From positions 11,116,211-11,180,210 of the forward strand of contig NC_057752.1 of the NCBI RefSeq assembly GCF_004010195.1: a stretch of 64,000 bases of DNA, written 5' to 3'. A program made the position numbers and the translations under genes. The notes beneath the pieces are model-generated. The model saw only the letters and a list, made by a program, of their open reading frames with translations, was not told the origin of the DNA and ran no database searches. This document shows positions 1 through 12,596 of this stretch, piece by piece; positions within the stretch are counted from its first letter, which is position 1; every line of letters starts with the position of its first letter. Origin of the DNA: Chiloscyllium plagiosum (Eukaryota).

Positions 1-470
1 TGGAGCATATTCCTCTGGATTTTCTCACAAATATGGTACATCACAAAATTGAGAATTTTTACAAGACATGGCAACCCTTTTTGAAATACCAGGACACAGA
101 TTTATCTGCCACACTAACAAGGGCTTTTATATAGCCGTAACGATTGTGTTTCATGAGTCCAATATCCAGGGAGGAGGAACTGTGAACGTATGAGTGTTTT
201 GTTTGGCTGGGCTGAGTTATTACTATTTACTTGTTTGTTGTTAGGTATTTATTTATTTAGTTAAATAGCTAGTTTAGGTTTTTTTTTAATTTTATACTTC
301 CCTATATATGTTTATACATTTGTATAGGAGGGTGGGTTGGGGAATTTTTTTTATTATTTGGGTTTAGTTTTGTACTATTTTTGTATTGTTTTGAATTGCA
401 TTGTTTTGTATTTGTTGTAATATTTAAAAATCTATTTTTTTCTTAATAAAAATATATTATTAAAAAAAAA
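1..470 (+). mobile_element. L1/Tx1-like LINE 3' end (ORF2 C-terminus, T-rich 3' UTR, poly(A))
   Basis: Frame EHIPLDFLTNMVHHKIENFYKTWQPFLKY...* (stop 132-134) has the F-x-K-x-W-x-P ending typical of L1/Tx1 ORF2; AATAAA at 445-450; A-run at 462-470. Confidence 0.7.
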
Positions 471-607
471 CACTGGCTTTGACCCGACGGTGTGGAAAAT
501 TGCACAGCTATGTCCTATACACAAAAAGCAGCACAAATCCAACCCAGGCAATTACCACCACGTCAGTCTACTCTCAATCACCAGTAAAATGATGGAAGGT
601 GTCATCA
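471..607 (+). mobile_element. CR1/L2-group LINE 'family B', start of RT (5' piece of an interrupted copy)
   Basis: WKIAQLCPIHKKQHKSNPGNYHHVSLLSITSKMMEGVI corresponds to the NYRPISLL-type RT start; continues at 2456. Confidence 0.8.
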
Positions 608-2455
608 TTTTCAGGAGCAGCGAGAGAGAGAGTACCGGGGGCTGCTGGGAAAGTAAATTTTCCCTCTCAAAAGGACTTACCTCGAGTGCCAGCGGCCTTC
701 ATTTGCAGCAGCGGTGGAAGCAGTGAGAGCGAGGAGCTGATTGGGAGCGGTTGAACTACACTTGTCGTGTCTCTCACCTGCCCTCCACCTCTAAACAAAA
801 CAAAAGGACCTGTGGTGTTGATACGGTAAGGATTTTTCATTTTTTTTATCATGTGATTGGTTAAAAACTTTTCTTTTCTTTCCTTTTTCATTTATCTAAG
901 TTAATCTTAAGATTAAAAATGGCAGGAGATCTCAGACCCATGTTATGCTCCTCTTGCTCGATGTGGAAGCTCAGGGAAGTGGCTGATGTCCCTGATTCCT
1001 TCACATGCAGCAAGTGTGTCCAGCTGCAGCTCTTGTTAGACTGCATGACTGCTCTGGAGCTGCGAATGGACTCACTTTGGAGCATCCGTGATGCTGAGGG
1101 GATCGTGGATAGCACATTTAGTGAATCGGTCACACCGCAGAGAAAGAGCAGATGATCGTAGGTGTCCCTGCGATCATCTCCCTCCAAAACAGGTATGCCG
1201 TTTTGGATACCGTTAGTGGGGATGGCTCACCGGGGGAAAGCAGCAGTAGGAAGCCAGGGAGGAGATTGCAGAGCCTTTGGCTTTGATCTTTATGTCATCA
1301 TTGTCTACAAGAATAGTGCCAGAAGACTGGACTGAAGTCACATGGGATAAAGGGTGTACTAGTTAGATGGATAAAGAACTGGCTGGGCAACAGGAGACAA
1401 AGAGTAGTAGTGGAAGGGAGTTTCTCAAAATGGAGAACTGTGACCAGTGGTGTTCCACAGGAATCTGTGCTGGGACCACTGTTGTTTGTGATATACATAA
1501 ATGATCTGGAAGAGGGCATAGGTGTTTTGATTAGCAAGTTTGCAGATTACACTAAGATTGGTGGAGTAGCAGAATGTGAAGGGGACTGACAGCAGAATAC
1601 AGAGATTAGATTCCCTACAGTGTGGAAACAGGCCATTTGGCCCAACCGTAGATAGATTGGAGAGGTGGGCAGAGAAATGGCAGATGGAGTTCAATCTGGG
1701 CAAATGCTAGGTGATGCATTTTGGAAGATCCAATTGAAGAGTGAACTTACAGTAAATGGAAAAGCCCTGGGAAAAATTGACGTACAGAGAGATCTGGGTG
1801 TTCAGGTCCATTGTTCCCTGAAGGTGGCAACGCAGGTCAGTACAGCGGTCAAGAAGGCATACGGCATGCTTTCCTTCATTGGACGGGGTATTCAGTACAA
1901 GAGTTGGCAGGTCATGTTACAGTTGTACCAGAGTTTGGTTCGGCCACATTTGGAATATTGCGTACAGTTCTGCTCGCCACATTACCAAAAGGATATGGAT
2001 GCTTTGGGTAGGGTGCAGAGGAGGCTCACCAGGATGTTGCCTGGTATGGAGGGCGCTAGCTATGAAGAGAGGATTAGGATTATTTTCATTAGAAAGACGG
2101 AGGTTGAGGGGGGACCTGATTGAGGTCTACAAAATAAAAAGCTTTTTCCCAGAGTGGGGTCTCAATTACTAGGGGTCACAAGTTCAAAGTGAGTGGGGAA
2201 ATGTTTCAGGGAGATGAGTGGAAAGCTCTTTAGGCAGAGGGTAGTGGGTGCTTGGAACGCATTGCCAGTGGAGGCAGTAGAGGCGGGCATGATAGCATTA
2301 TTTTAGATGTATCTAGACAGATGCGTGAATGGGCAAGGAGCAAAGGGATACAGACCCTTAGAAAATAGGTTTAGATAGAGGAGCTGGATCAGTGCAGGCT
2401 TGGAGGGCCGCAGGGCAAATTCTCGTGCTCTAAGTTTCTTTGTTCTTTGCTCTTT
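608..2455 (+). mobile_element. CR1 LINE, internally deleted (5' UTR, ORF1 zinc-finger start, RT pieces, 3' tail)
   Basis: ORF 919-1155 has CSSCSMW...CSKCVQLQLL; RT motifs [27 protein letters not shown]; (TTCTTTG)n tail; flanked by GTGTCATCA (599-607) and GTGTCACCA (2456-2464). HE1 tail scrap on the - strand at about 1603-1647. Confidence 0.85.
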
Positions 2456-3755
2456 GTGTCACCAACAGTGCTATCCAGCAGCTCAGTAATATCCTACTCA
2501 GTGATGCTCAGTTTAGGTTCCACAAGGACCACTCAACTCCTAATGTCATTACAGCCTTGGTGCAAACATGGACAAAAGAGGGGAGGTCGGATTGACTACC
2601 CTTGACATCAAGGCCACATTACACCCAATGTGGCATCAAGGAGCCTGAGCAAAACTGGAATCAGTGAATATCAGGGGGCAACTCTCTGGTACTTGGAGTC
2701 ATACCTGGCAAGTAGGAAGATAGTCGTGGTTGTTGGAACTCAGTTATCTCAGCTCCAGGACACTACTGCAGGAGTTTATCAGGATAGTGTCCTCGGCCCA
2801 ACCATCTTCAGCTGCTTCAATGACTTTCCTTCCATCATAAGTTCAGAAATTGGCATGTTCGCCAATGATTGCACAATGTTCAGCACCATTCATGACTTCT
2901 CAGTTATGAAAGCAGTTCATATTCAAATTCAACAAGATCTGGACAATATCCAGGCTTGGGCTGACAAGTGGCAAGTAACATTTATGCCACACAAATGCCA
3001 GGTAATGATCATTTCCATTAAGAGATAATCTAACCATCACCCCTTGACATTCAATGGTGTTACCATCGCTGAATTCTCCACTATTAACATCCTGGAGGTT
3101 ACCATTGACGAGAAACTGAACTGGACTCACCACATAAACATAGTGACAACAAGAGCAGGTCAGAGGTTTAAAATACTACAGTGAATAACTCACCTCCTGA
3201 CTCCCCAAAGCTTGTCCATCATCTACGAGGCACAAGTCAGGGGTATGATGGAATACTCCTCACTTGCCTGGATGGGGGCAGCTCCAACATTCAAGAAGCT
3301 TGACACCTTCCAGGACAAAGCAGCCCCCTCTTGACTGGCACCATATCTACAAAGATCCACTACCTCCACCACCGATGGTCAGCAGCAGCAGTGTGTACTA
3401 TCTACAAGATGCGCTGCAGAAATTTACCAGGGGTCCTTCAACAGCACCTTTCAAATCCACAACCACTTCCATCTTGAACAACAAGAGTGGTAGACACATA
3501 AGAACACCACCACCTGCAAGTTCTCCTCCAAGCTACTCACCATGCTAATTTGGAAATATATTACCATTCCTTCACTGTCTCTGGGACAAAATCCCGGAAT
3601 TCCCTCCTTTTGTGAGTCAGCCTACAGCACATGGACTTCAGTGATTCAAGGCAGCAGCTCACCATCACCTTCTCAAGGGCCACTATAGACCGCGAATAAA
3701 TGCTGGCCAGCCAGAGACACCCACGTCCCATGAATAAATTAAAATAAAATAAAAT
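2456..3755 (+). mobile_element. LINE family B, RT to 3' end
   Basis: SVLGPTIFSCF, MFANDCTMFS (catalytic DD decayed), DNIQAWADKWQVTF; 3' end AATAAATGCTGGCCAGCCAG...CCCATGAATAAA with A-rich tail. Confidence 0.85.
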
Positions 3756-3799
3756 AATTCCATCATCCCTGTTCACATACCTCTTTGTTTCTCTTCCCT

Positions 3800-5085
3800 T
3801 CAATCGCTGTCTAACCTGTTCTTCAAAGTTGAGATGATTTTTGTTTTATTCCAGGCACTGACCACCCTCTGTGTGCAAACAAACTGCCTATCACATCTCC
3901 TTTAAACTTACTCCCTTTTACCTTAAACCTCTGTCCCCTACCCTGGGAAAAAGACTGACTATTTATTCTATCCAGGCCTCTCATCATTTAGTTAGTGGTT
4001 AGCACTGCTGCCTCAGCGCCAGAGACCTGGGTTCAATTCCCGCCTCAGGCGACTGACTGTGTGGAGTTTGCACATTCTCCCCGTGTCTGAGTGGGTTTCC
4101 TCCGGGTGCTCCGGTTTCCTCCCACAGTCCAAAGATGTGCAGGTCAGGTGAATTGGCCATGCTAAATTGCCCGTAGTGTTAGGTGAATGGGTAAATGTAG
4201 GGGAATGGGTCTGGGTGGGTCACGCTTTGGCGGGTTGGTGTGGACTTGTTGAGCCGAAGAGCCTGTTTCCACACTGTAAGTAATCTAATCTAATCTAATC
4301 TAATTTTGTAAACTTCTAATAGGTTGCCCCTCATCCTGCAACATTCAAGTAAAAACATTCCAAGTTTGTCCAATCTCTCCTCATAGCTAATGCCCTTCAA
4401 AGCAGGCAACATGCTAGTAAACCATTTCTGTACCATCTCCAAAGCCTCCACATCCTTCTGGTAGTGTGGTGACACAATATTCCAAATGTGGGCGAACTGA
4501 AGTTCTATACAGCTGCAACATGACTTGCCAAATTTTATGCTCTATGCCTCGACTGATGAAGGCAAGCATGCCATTTGCTTTCCAGACGTCCTTAGCTACT
4601 TGGATTGACACTTTCAGGGAACTGTGGACCTCTACACCTAGACCTCTCTGTATGTTGATATTGCTGAGAGTTCTGCCATTTACTGTATACTTCCCTCCTG
4701 CATTCAATCTCCCAAAATGCATCACCTCGCATTTGTCTGGATTAAACTCCATCAGCTACTTCTCCCCCCAAGTCTCCTGCTGCACCATCTGGCAATCTTC
4801 CTCAGTATCTGTGATGTTTGGGTTGCCTGCAATCTTACTAATCAGGCCACCTACACTTTCCTCCAAATCATTATATCTATTACAAACAACAGGGGTCTCA
4901 GCACTGATCCCTGCAGAACACCACTGGTCATAGAGCTCCAGTCTGAAAAACACTCCTCCATCGCTACTCTCTGTCTTCTACGACTAAGCCAGTTCTGGAT
5001 CCATTTTATCAACTCACCACGGATCCCGTGTGACTTCACCATGATGGAGCTGGCCAAAGGCCTTGCTAAAGTCCATATAGCCATA
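3800..5085 (-). mobile_element. CR1 LINE RT/3' fragment, interrupted by an HE1 SINE
   Basis: Minus ORFs: WIQNWLSRRRQRV, SGVLQGSVL, MEFNPDKCEVMHFG, VRPHLEYCV. Confidence 0.9.
3994..4304 (+). mobile_element. HE1-type V-SINE
   Basis: tRNA head with B box GGTTCAATTCC, V-domain GTGTGGAGTTTGCACATTCTCCCCGTG...TTCCTCCCACAGTCCAAAGA, CR1-like tail, (TAATC)n. Confidence 0.92.
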
Positions 5086-5489
5086 ATTTATTTACTGTAC
5101 CTCCTAGTACAATTGTTTGTACTCTTGGACATTATCCCCTGTAGCCTTATATCCAAATCATTCATGTAAACAGTGGACTGAAGTGGTTCCAGAACAGTAC
5201 ACTGCTATCAGCTTCCAATCACCCTGAGAAACTGTCCTGAACTCCTCTACTGTAACCCATTTATAAATCTAATTCATTAACCTCTCCCTTATTCTGGAGC
5301 CTTTAATCTTCTCTTATAGTCTTTTTTTGTTAGCTAAACAGCAGACAGAAGCTTGCCACTAGATTGCCTGCATTCCTGACCAAATGTTTAAAAAGGTGTG
5401 TGAGATAAGGAGTCAAGAGAGATTGGGACTTAGTTCTGAACAACATTATAATGATAGAATACCATTAGATCTAAAATTGTGAAAGAATA

Positions 5490-6160
5490 CAAAAACAAAA
5501 TGCGAGATGCTAGAAATCCAAATTAAGAAATAAAAAGGATGGAAATACCCATCAGACATGGCAGCATTTGTGGAGAAAGATAAGTGTTATTGTTTCAGGT
5601 TGATGACCTTTCATCGGAACTGAAGAGAATTAGAAATGCAAGAGTTAATAAGCCAGTTGAAGTGGGGCTCAAGGGTAGAAAGAACAAAAGTGAAGATCCA
5701 TAGAGGTGGAGTGCTGGAAAGATTAAATAACAAAAGAGGTTTGTTGCTACAGTCAAAGAAAGCAATTAAAAACCACACAACACCAGGTTGTAGTCCAACA
5801 GGTTTAATTGGAAGCACTAGCTTTCGGAGCGCTGCTCCTTCATCACAACCATCTAATGAAGGAACAGTGCTACGAAAGCTAGTGCTTCCAATTAAACCTG
5901 TTGGACTACAACCTGGTGTTGTGATTTTTAACCTTGTACACCCCAGTCCAACACCGGTATCTCCAAAGAAAGCAGTCACAGGTATAGTGAAGAAACAAGA
6001 GCAGCCGTCAGAAATGCAAAATGATGCAATGCAGAAAGAAACAAGCAAGCTAAAAGTCTTCCTAAAATAAAAACAGAACAGGATGAAGGTTGAGTTTGAG
6101 GTCTAAGATTGTTGACATCAGTATTGAGTCCAGAAGGCTGAAGACACTCAAAGAAGTCCA
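5490..6160 (-). mobile_element. Old Penelope-like element 3' region (degenerate)
   Basis: Resembles the PLE termini at 49485-49720 and 52600-53190; decayed hammerhead CCGATGA-A-AGGT..ACCT-GAAA on the - strand near 5585-5620. Confidence 0.5.
5765..5963. mobile_element. Palindromic PLE mini-element (family 1)
   Basis: Inverted arms of about 75 bp matching the termini of the 10760-12650 element, plus a one-sided extension; direct repeat CAAAGAAAGCA at 5754-5764 and 5964-5974; both hammerhead cores mutated (GTGATGA, CTAATGA). Confidence 0.85.
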
Positions 6161-6595
6161 ATTAATCATAACTTCTGCTGCTAAAATTCAGTATTTATCC
6201 CTTCCAGACTAGTGCACTGTGGTTGACGTAGGTTCCATCTATTAACAAGTATGCAACGCTTTACTGAAAAAGACATTCTGTTGAAGCTTTTTATCTTTCA
6301 ATCATCAGGATAACTCATTGGTATGCCAATTCAAGGGGTAAAACAAAATTTGTAATGCATGAGGAGAGTGCTGATTGGTTGGTAAGTGCATTCTGATTGG
6401 TAGGGGCAATACAATTGAGAGTGCACTACTTAATGGTGAGTAACAGAATCCAATTGCCAACTAACAAACAGTCTCCTCTCATACAGTACAAACCTTGGTT
6501 TTCAACTGAAACTGGTATTCCTGCGAAATGCCCTGTGAGTTTAAGTTGAAAAGATTCACTTAAGTGTATTTTTTCAGCAATATTCAACAGTATTT

Positions 6596-7015
6596 GAAAT
6601 GTAGGGTAATGGGTGGGTTGCGCTTCGGCGGGTCGGTGTGGACTTGTTGGGCCGAAGGGTCTGTTTTCACACTGTAAGTAATCTAATCTAATTAGTGGGC
6701 GGCACGGTGGCACAGTGGTTAGCACTGCTGCCTCACAGCGCCAGAGACCCGGGTTCAATTCCCGACTCAGGCGACTGACTGTGTGGAGTTTGCACGTTCT
6801 CCCCGTGTTTGCGTGGGTTTCCTCCGGGTGCTCCGGTTTCCTCCCACAGTCCAAAGATGTGCAGGTCAGGTGAATTGGCCATGCTAAATTGCCCGTAGTG
6901 TTAGATAAAGGGGTAAGTGTGGGGGTATGGGTGGGCTGCGCTTCGGCGGGTCGGTGTGGACTTGTTGGGCCGAAGGGCCTGTTTCCAAACTGTAAGTAAT
7001 CTAATCTAAAAAAAA
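6596..7015 (+). mobile_element. HE1 SINE 3' tail followed directly by a complete HE1 SINE
   Basis: Tail plus TAATCTAATC at about 6601-6692, then A box TGGCACAGTGG, B box GGTTCAATTCC, V-domain and tail at 6694-7015. Confidence 0.92.
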
Positions 7016-7174
7016 AGTATTTATCGGCTGCTACTGACTGAGCTCAAAATGATACATTTGGTATACGATACTGGTGGTATATCGATTAATAAATTGAAAA
7101 AATATGAAACTATTTGCTCACAGGAGGATTTTGATATTACTCTATTATACTTCCAATCTTAAGTGAATTTCAGT

Positions 7175-7525
7175 TCAAGTTCTTGGTAAAATTCAGTCAC
7201 GGGATGTGAAAATTGCTGCCTGGCTAACATTTATTACCCATTCCTATTTGCACTTGAGAAGGTAGTGGTGAGCTGCATTCTTGAACTGCTACAGTCCTTG
7301 GGGTGTATGGATGCATACAATGCTGTTGGAGGGGGGGAATTCCAGGATTCTGACCAAGTGTCACTGAATGAACAGCCAATATAGTTCCAAAACAGGATGA
7401 TGTGCAGCTTGAAGGGGAATGGGTTGATGCTCCCATGCATTGCTGCACTGGCCTTCGAGATAGTTGAGGTGGTGAGTTTGGAATGTGCCGTCAAAACAAA
7501 CTTGGGCAGTTGCTGTAGTGCTTAG
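7175..7525 (-). mobile_element. LINE family B 3' end
   Basis: Reverse complement resembles the 3' end at about 3430-3740. Confidence 0.75.
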
Positions 7526-7739
7526 GAGTTAGTTTCTACGGGCCATCACTTGGAATAAAAGGTACTCTGGTTGCTTGGCAATCCAGTCCACCAATAGACA
7601 GACATAGAGACATGGCAGGAGCACAGACTTCCATCCCTTCGTTTTATTTTTAGCTTAAAAACTAAAAGGAAAACAAATATAGGTGGGTAGAAATACTGGA
7701 GACAGCACACAAACCACCTGCTATACACCCTGATATTTA

Positions 7740-8045
7740 GTTCAATTGATGCCAAGAGATCTTCACACTCCTCCAGTTCTGGCCTCTTGAGCATCCCCGA
7801 TTTTAATCGCTCCATTATTGGTGGCCATACCTTCAGCTACCTGGGCCCTAAGGTCTGGAATTCTCTCCCGAAACCCATGTGCCTTGCTCGCCTCTTTTAA
7901 AGCACTTCTGAAAATCTATTTCTATACCTCATGTGTCCTTATACCGTCGCATTTGACTCAGTGTCAAATGGGGTTTATTTGTAAACTTTATGTAAAGAGC
8001 CTGGCTATATCATAGCTGCTATACAAATGCAAGCTGCTGTTGTTT
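7740..8045 (+). mobile_element. L2 LINE 3' end
   Basis: GGHTFSYLGPKVWNSLP-like frame and GCTATACAAATGCAAG(TTG)n-like terminus; similar to about 17110-17390. Confidence 0.65.
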
Positions 8046-8619
8046 GTGAAGTAAAATAGCTGTTGTTTTTAATTGGCTTTCTATCACTAAAGTGTTAATC
8101 AGACCATCTTTCGGCAGACTAAGGAGGGGTATGCAACCACATCAGTGGAATTATATAAGCCAGTTTGTATATTAAAAAAATGTAATTGCTACAGAACACA
8201 ATCCATGTGATAATGCAAAGCAATATGTTAACATTATGGACAGAAGATGACCATTGGCCCATCTTGCCTACCTTTGCAAACCTCCCATGTTCCTTACTGT
8301 GGTTCTGGAATTAATCACCCCATATTCCTTTCCTAATAGATACTCATCCAGTAATATATTTTCTGTTTGATTCTTCTTCTGGGAATCTGTTACACAACCC
8401 TGTCATACATTTTAAAATAAAGTTGTCCAAGTTTTCTGTTTTCTTTTGACATGGCTGACTTTTAAACCATCTTCTCCCACCCTTATATTGTGTATATGAC
8501 AGGAGTACTTTGATGGATCCAAACTTTTCATTCCTATGAAAATCTGAAAGATCACCTACAAACAACAGCCTCTCCCCATAAATCTCCTTTTCCAAAATGT
8601 AAAAACAATTTACTTTTAT

Positions 8620-9560
8620 AATTTATATCAATGACTAAATGAGGGGATTAAAAGCACGGTGGCTAAATTTGAAGTTAACACAAATTTAAATACTAAAGTA
8701 TGCTGTGAAGATGACATAATAAGGATACAGGTTGGTTAAGTGAGTGGGCAAAATTTGAAGATGGAATATAATATGGGAAAATGTGAAGCTTTTCACTTTG
8801 GCAGAAAGAATAAAAAAAGAGAATGACTTCAATAGAGAACACCTACAGAATTCCAAGTGGCACAAGGATCTAGATGTAGAATTGCACGTGTTACAAAAAG
8901 GTTAGCATGCAGGTACAGCAAGTTATTGAGAACGTTAATGTGATGATATCCTTTATAACACAGAGGAAGGGAATTGAACATAAAAATAATGATATTATGC
9001 TTCAGTTGTACAGGTGAGAGCAAATCTAAAATACTGTCTGCAGTTTTGGTTCCCATATTAAAGGAAGGTTGTAAATATGTTGCAGATGATTCAGTGGAGG
9101 TTTACTAGATTGGTATCTGAAATGAGCAGGTTATCTTAGGAGGTCAGATCATACGGGTTGGGTTTGTTTTCAGTATGTATGGAGTTTCGAATAGGAGGGA
9201 TGATTTAATTGAATGTAATAAAATCCTGAATGGTCTTAACCAGGTGAATTTGGAAGGGATCTTTACTCTTGTTTGTGAGCCCAGAACTAGGGAACATGGC
9301 TTTAAAATTAAGGGTTACCCATTTTAGGAAAGAGATAAGGAGGATATTTTCCTTTCAGAGGGCTGTGCTACTTTGGAATTCTGCCTCAGAAGGTGGTGGA
9401 GGAGAAGTCACTGAATATATTTAAGGTGAAGGTAAATTCTTGTTAGGCAGGGGAATTAAAATTTGCCTGGGTTAGATGGAAATGATTCATTGAATGACAG
9501 TGCAGGCTTGGAGGGTTGAGCGGCCTCCTAATTCTCCAAATTTGGATGTTTCGGTGTTCT
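8620..9560 (+). mobile_element. Old CR1 LINE RT/3' fragment
   Basis: Decayed FIIYIND, AKF, KCE..HFGRKN, QFWFPY and LWNS motifs. Confidence 0.75.
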
Positions 9561-10851
9561 CATAACTCAGCCCTCTCAGTGAGAAATAAGCCTCAGTCCT
9601 TCTCTGTGTGGTATTGTGGGGAACATTTAACATGTATGATAGGAAAACAATTGGCCAACTCTCAAGTTATAGATCAGTAAGTTAAAAAGGACTGTGGCAA
9701 AAGGTCAGAGACAGCAAACATGACACAGGCTGAATGCACACAAAATCTCTAATCCTGCAACGGCTCCTTGTATATTTTGAACTGCAGATTTTAGCCTAAA
9801 CAAAACGTCCGTATATAGAAATAAAGTTATGGAATGACGTGAATGATTGATGTTTCGGAAAACCAATAAGACGAAGTGCAGTGTTATGGATGATAAACAT
9901 TTCATGATAGTTTGTCACTTCTCAGCATATTTTAAAGTATATAAATGTAATCCTTTCCTTTTTAAAGACATGAAAAAACATGGGAGCCTGGGAAACCTTT
10001 TTGTCTCTCTTGTGTGTTTAAGCCAAAAAACTGCATGCAGTGTTTGTTTTTAAATAAAGACTGACCGTGTTTCAGTTCAAGGTTGTTTTTGAATCTTTGT
10101 CTAACATGTTGAGTTTGCTCTCACAGATCCCGGCTAATTAAAATCTGATTCAACATCTGGACCCTTTACATTTGTCCCACATTGAAACTGATGAAGGAGC
10201 TGATGGAAGTTTGTATATACAGTTTGTAATTTATGAAGCACAGTATAATTTTCTACATCCCCATTGACAAATAAAGCTGCAAGAAAATCTATATTGTATT
10301 AACTGACACTTAACCCACTCACGAATGATTGTATCTCGTTCAAAGTGTATAAAAGTATTGAGACTCCTATTGCCCTATGTTATACTTTAATTCATTCAAT
10401 CAAAGTTATGGAACTAATTACCCATCTTAGTCTTATCCAACTTCTAGAATGTACATCGTCCAAGCTTTGGATCTTTCAAACAGTATCATCTGATTTCCCT
10501 TATTTTCTATTCTGTTCTTTTCAGTCTTAATGCTATCTCATATGATTGGCCTTCATCTAAGTTTCTAAATTTTAAAGAAAAACTGGAAATAGATTCAGTC
10601 AATCATGCTGATAAAAGAACTTAAGATGGCTGCATCAAAGGAATTGTATATAATTAAACCAACTTTTACTAGATTATTAGGGTGCCCTACCATCATATTA
10701 AACATAAATCAGTTGTTGATTAAGCTTGGTTTTATTTTGCAGTGTCAGCACAATTGTAGTCATGATTTGGAGATGCCGGTCTTGGACTGGGGTGTACAAA
10801 GCTAAAAATCACACAACACCAGGTATAGTCCAACAGGTTTAATTGGAAGCA

Positions 10852-10886
10852 CACTAGCTTTCGGAGCACCGCTCCTTCATCAGGTG
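10852..10886 (-). ncRNA. Minimal type I hammerhead ribozyme motif
   Basis: Minus strand reads CAC-CUGAUGA-A-GGAGC-ggu-GCUCC-GAAA-GC-UA^GUG. Confidence 0.75.
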
Positions 10887-11523
10887 GTTATGGAGGACAC
10901 AATTGTAAGGAACAGAATTTATAGCAAAAGTTTACAGTGTGATGTAACTGAAATTATACACTGAATAATACCTTGTCTGTTGAGTCTTTCAGCTGTTTAA
11001 ATACCATGATAGTTTCACTTCTTTCATGTGTAAATCACAAAACTTTTTTTTAAAATTGCATTCTCAGGTGAACTGTAACAATTGGTGTTAGCTAGACAAT
11101 GTGTTGAAGGTGTTAGCCCCCTGTGTTCTCTGTGAGGTTGTCTGTAACCCACAGACAACCTCACAATGCTACACTTCTCCAGCTTCCATCCAAAACATAT
11201 TAAAACAGCCATCCCCTATGGATGAAGAGGAACGCGACGGGCACCTGGAAGTACTCAGGGATGCCCTCATAAGAATGGGGTACGATGTTCAACCCATCAA
11301 CCGCCAGTTCCGACGTGCCACAGCAAGGAACTGTAATGACCTCCTCAGGAGACAGACACAAGTTGTTCAGTACTTCCCAGGAGCTGAAAAACTACGCCAT
11401 GTTCTTTGTGACCTGCAAAACATTATCAATGAGGATGAGCACCTCACCAAGACCTTCCCCACACCTCCACTACTTGCCTTTAAACAATCGCCAAACCTCA
11501 AACAGATCGTTGTTCGTAGCAAG

Positions 11524-11971
11524 NNNNNNNNNNNNNNNNNNNNNNNNNNNNNNNNNNNNNNNNNNNNNNNNNNNNNNNNNNNNNNNNNNNNNNNNNNNNN
11601 NNNNNNNNNNNNNNNNNNNNNNNNNNNNNNNNNNNNNNNNNNNNNNNNNNNNNNNNNNNNNNNNNNNNNNNNNNNNNNNNNNNNNNNNNNNNNNNNNNNN
11701 NNNNNNNNNNNNNNNNNNNNNNNNNNNNNNNNNNNNNNNNNNNNNNNNNNNNNNNNNNNNNNNNNNNNNNNNNNNNNNNNNNNNNNNNNNNNNNNNNNNN
11801 NNNNNNNNNNNNNNNNNNNNNNNNNNNNNNNNNNNNNNNNNNNNNNNNNNNNNNNNNNNNNNNNNNNNNNNNNNNNNNNNNNNNNNNNNNNNNNNNNNNN
11901 NNNNNNNNNNNNNNNNNNNNNNNNNNNNNNNNNNNNNNNNNNNNNNNNNNNNNNNNNNNNNNNNNNNNNNN
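11524..11971. other. Assembly gap (448 N)
   Basis: Run of N where the GIY-YIG domain of the PLE would be expected. Confidence 1.
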
Positions 11972-12561
11972 CGCAGACACATATACACTCTCTAACAGAC
12001 ACTCACAACCCCCTCACCCCAGACACACACACACATTCCCACACTCACACATGCACCCCCTAACAGACTTAAGACACTCTACACTCACATACACACACAT
12101 AAACACTCTCTCTCACACTCACAACTCCCCAAACCAGACACACACACACACAGACACAAAGACCCACATGCACACATATACATATACGTTTTTGGGGTGA
12201 ATTTGTACTTGCAGAGTTACATTGTACTTTGCTCAAAAACTGCATGAATTCATGTAAAACTCTGTTATCTCACTTTTTAGATTAGAACCGATCTAAACAT
12301 CATGGCACAGACAGAGAACACAGGGGGCTAACACCTTCAATATATTGTCTATCTAACATCAATTGTTACAGTTAACCTGAGAATGCAACTTTAAAAAAAA
12401 GTCTTGTGAGTTACACATGAAAGAAGTGAAACTATCATGGTATTCGAACAGATGAAAGACTCAAAAGACAATCAAGGTATTTTTCAATGTATAATTTCAG
12501 TTACATCACACTGTAAATTTTTGCTATAAATTCTGTGCCTTACAATTGTGTCCTCCATAAC

Positions 12562-12596
12562 CACCTGATGAAGGAGCGGCGCTCCGAAAGCTAGTG
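12562..12596 (+). ncRNA. Minimal type I hammerhead ribozyme motif
   Basis: CAC-CUGAUGA-A-GGAGC-ggc-GCUCC-GAAA-GC-UA^GUG; predicted cut after 12593. Confidence 0.75.

Noticed and set aside
5611..6070. Overlapping 144/145-aa ORFs on both strands
   Set aside because: By-product of the palindromic PLE insertion.
11101..12063. Longest ORFs in the track (160-320 aa)
   Set aside because: Inflated by the N gap; the real part is PLE coding remnant.
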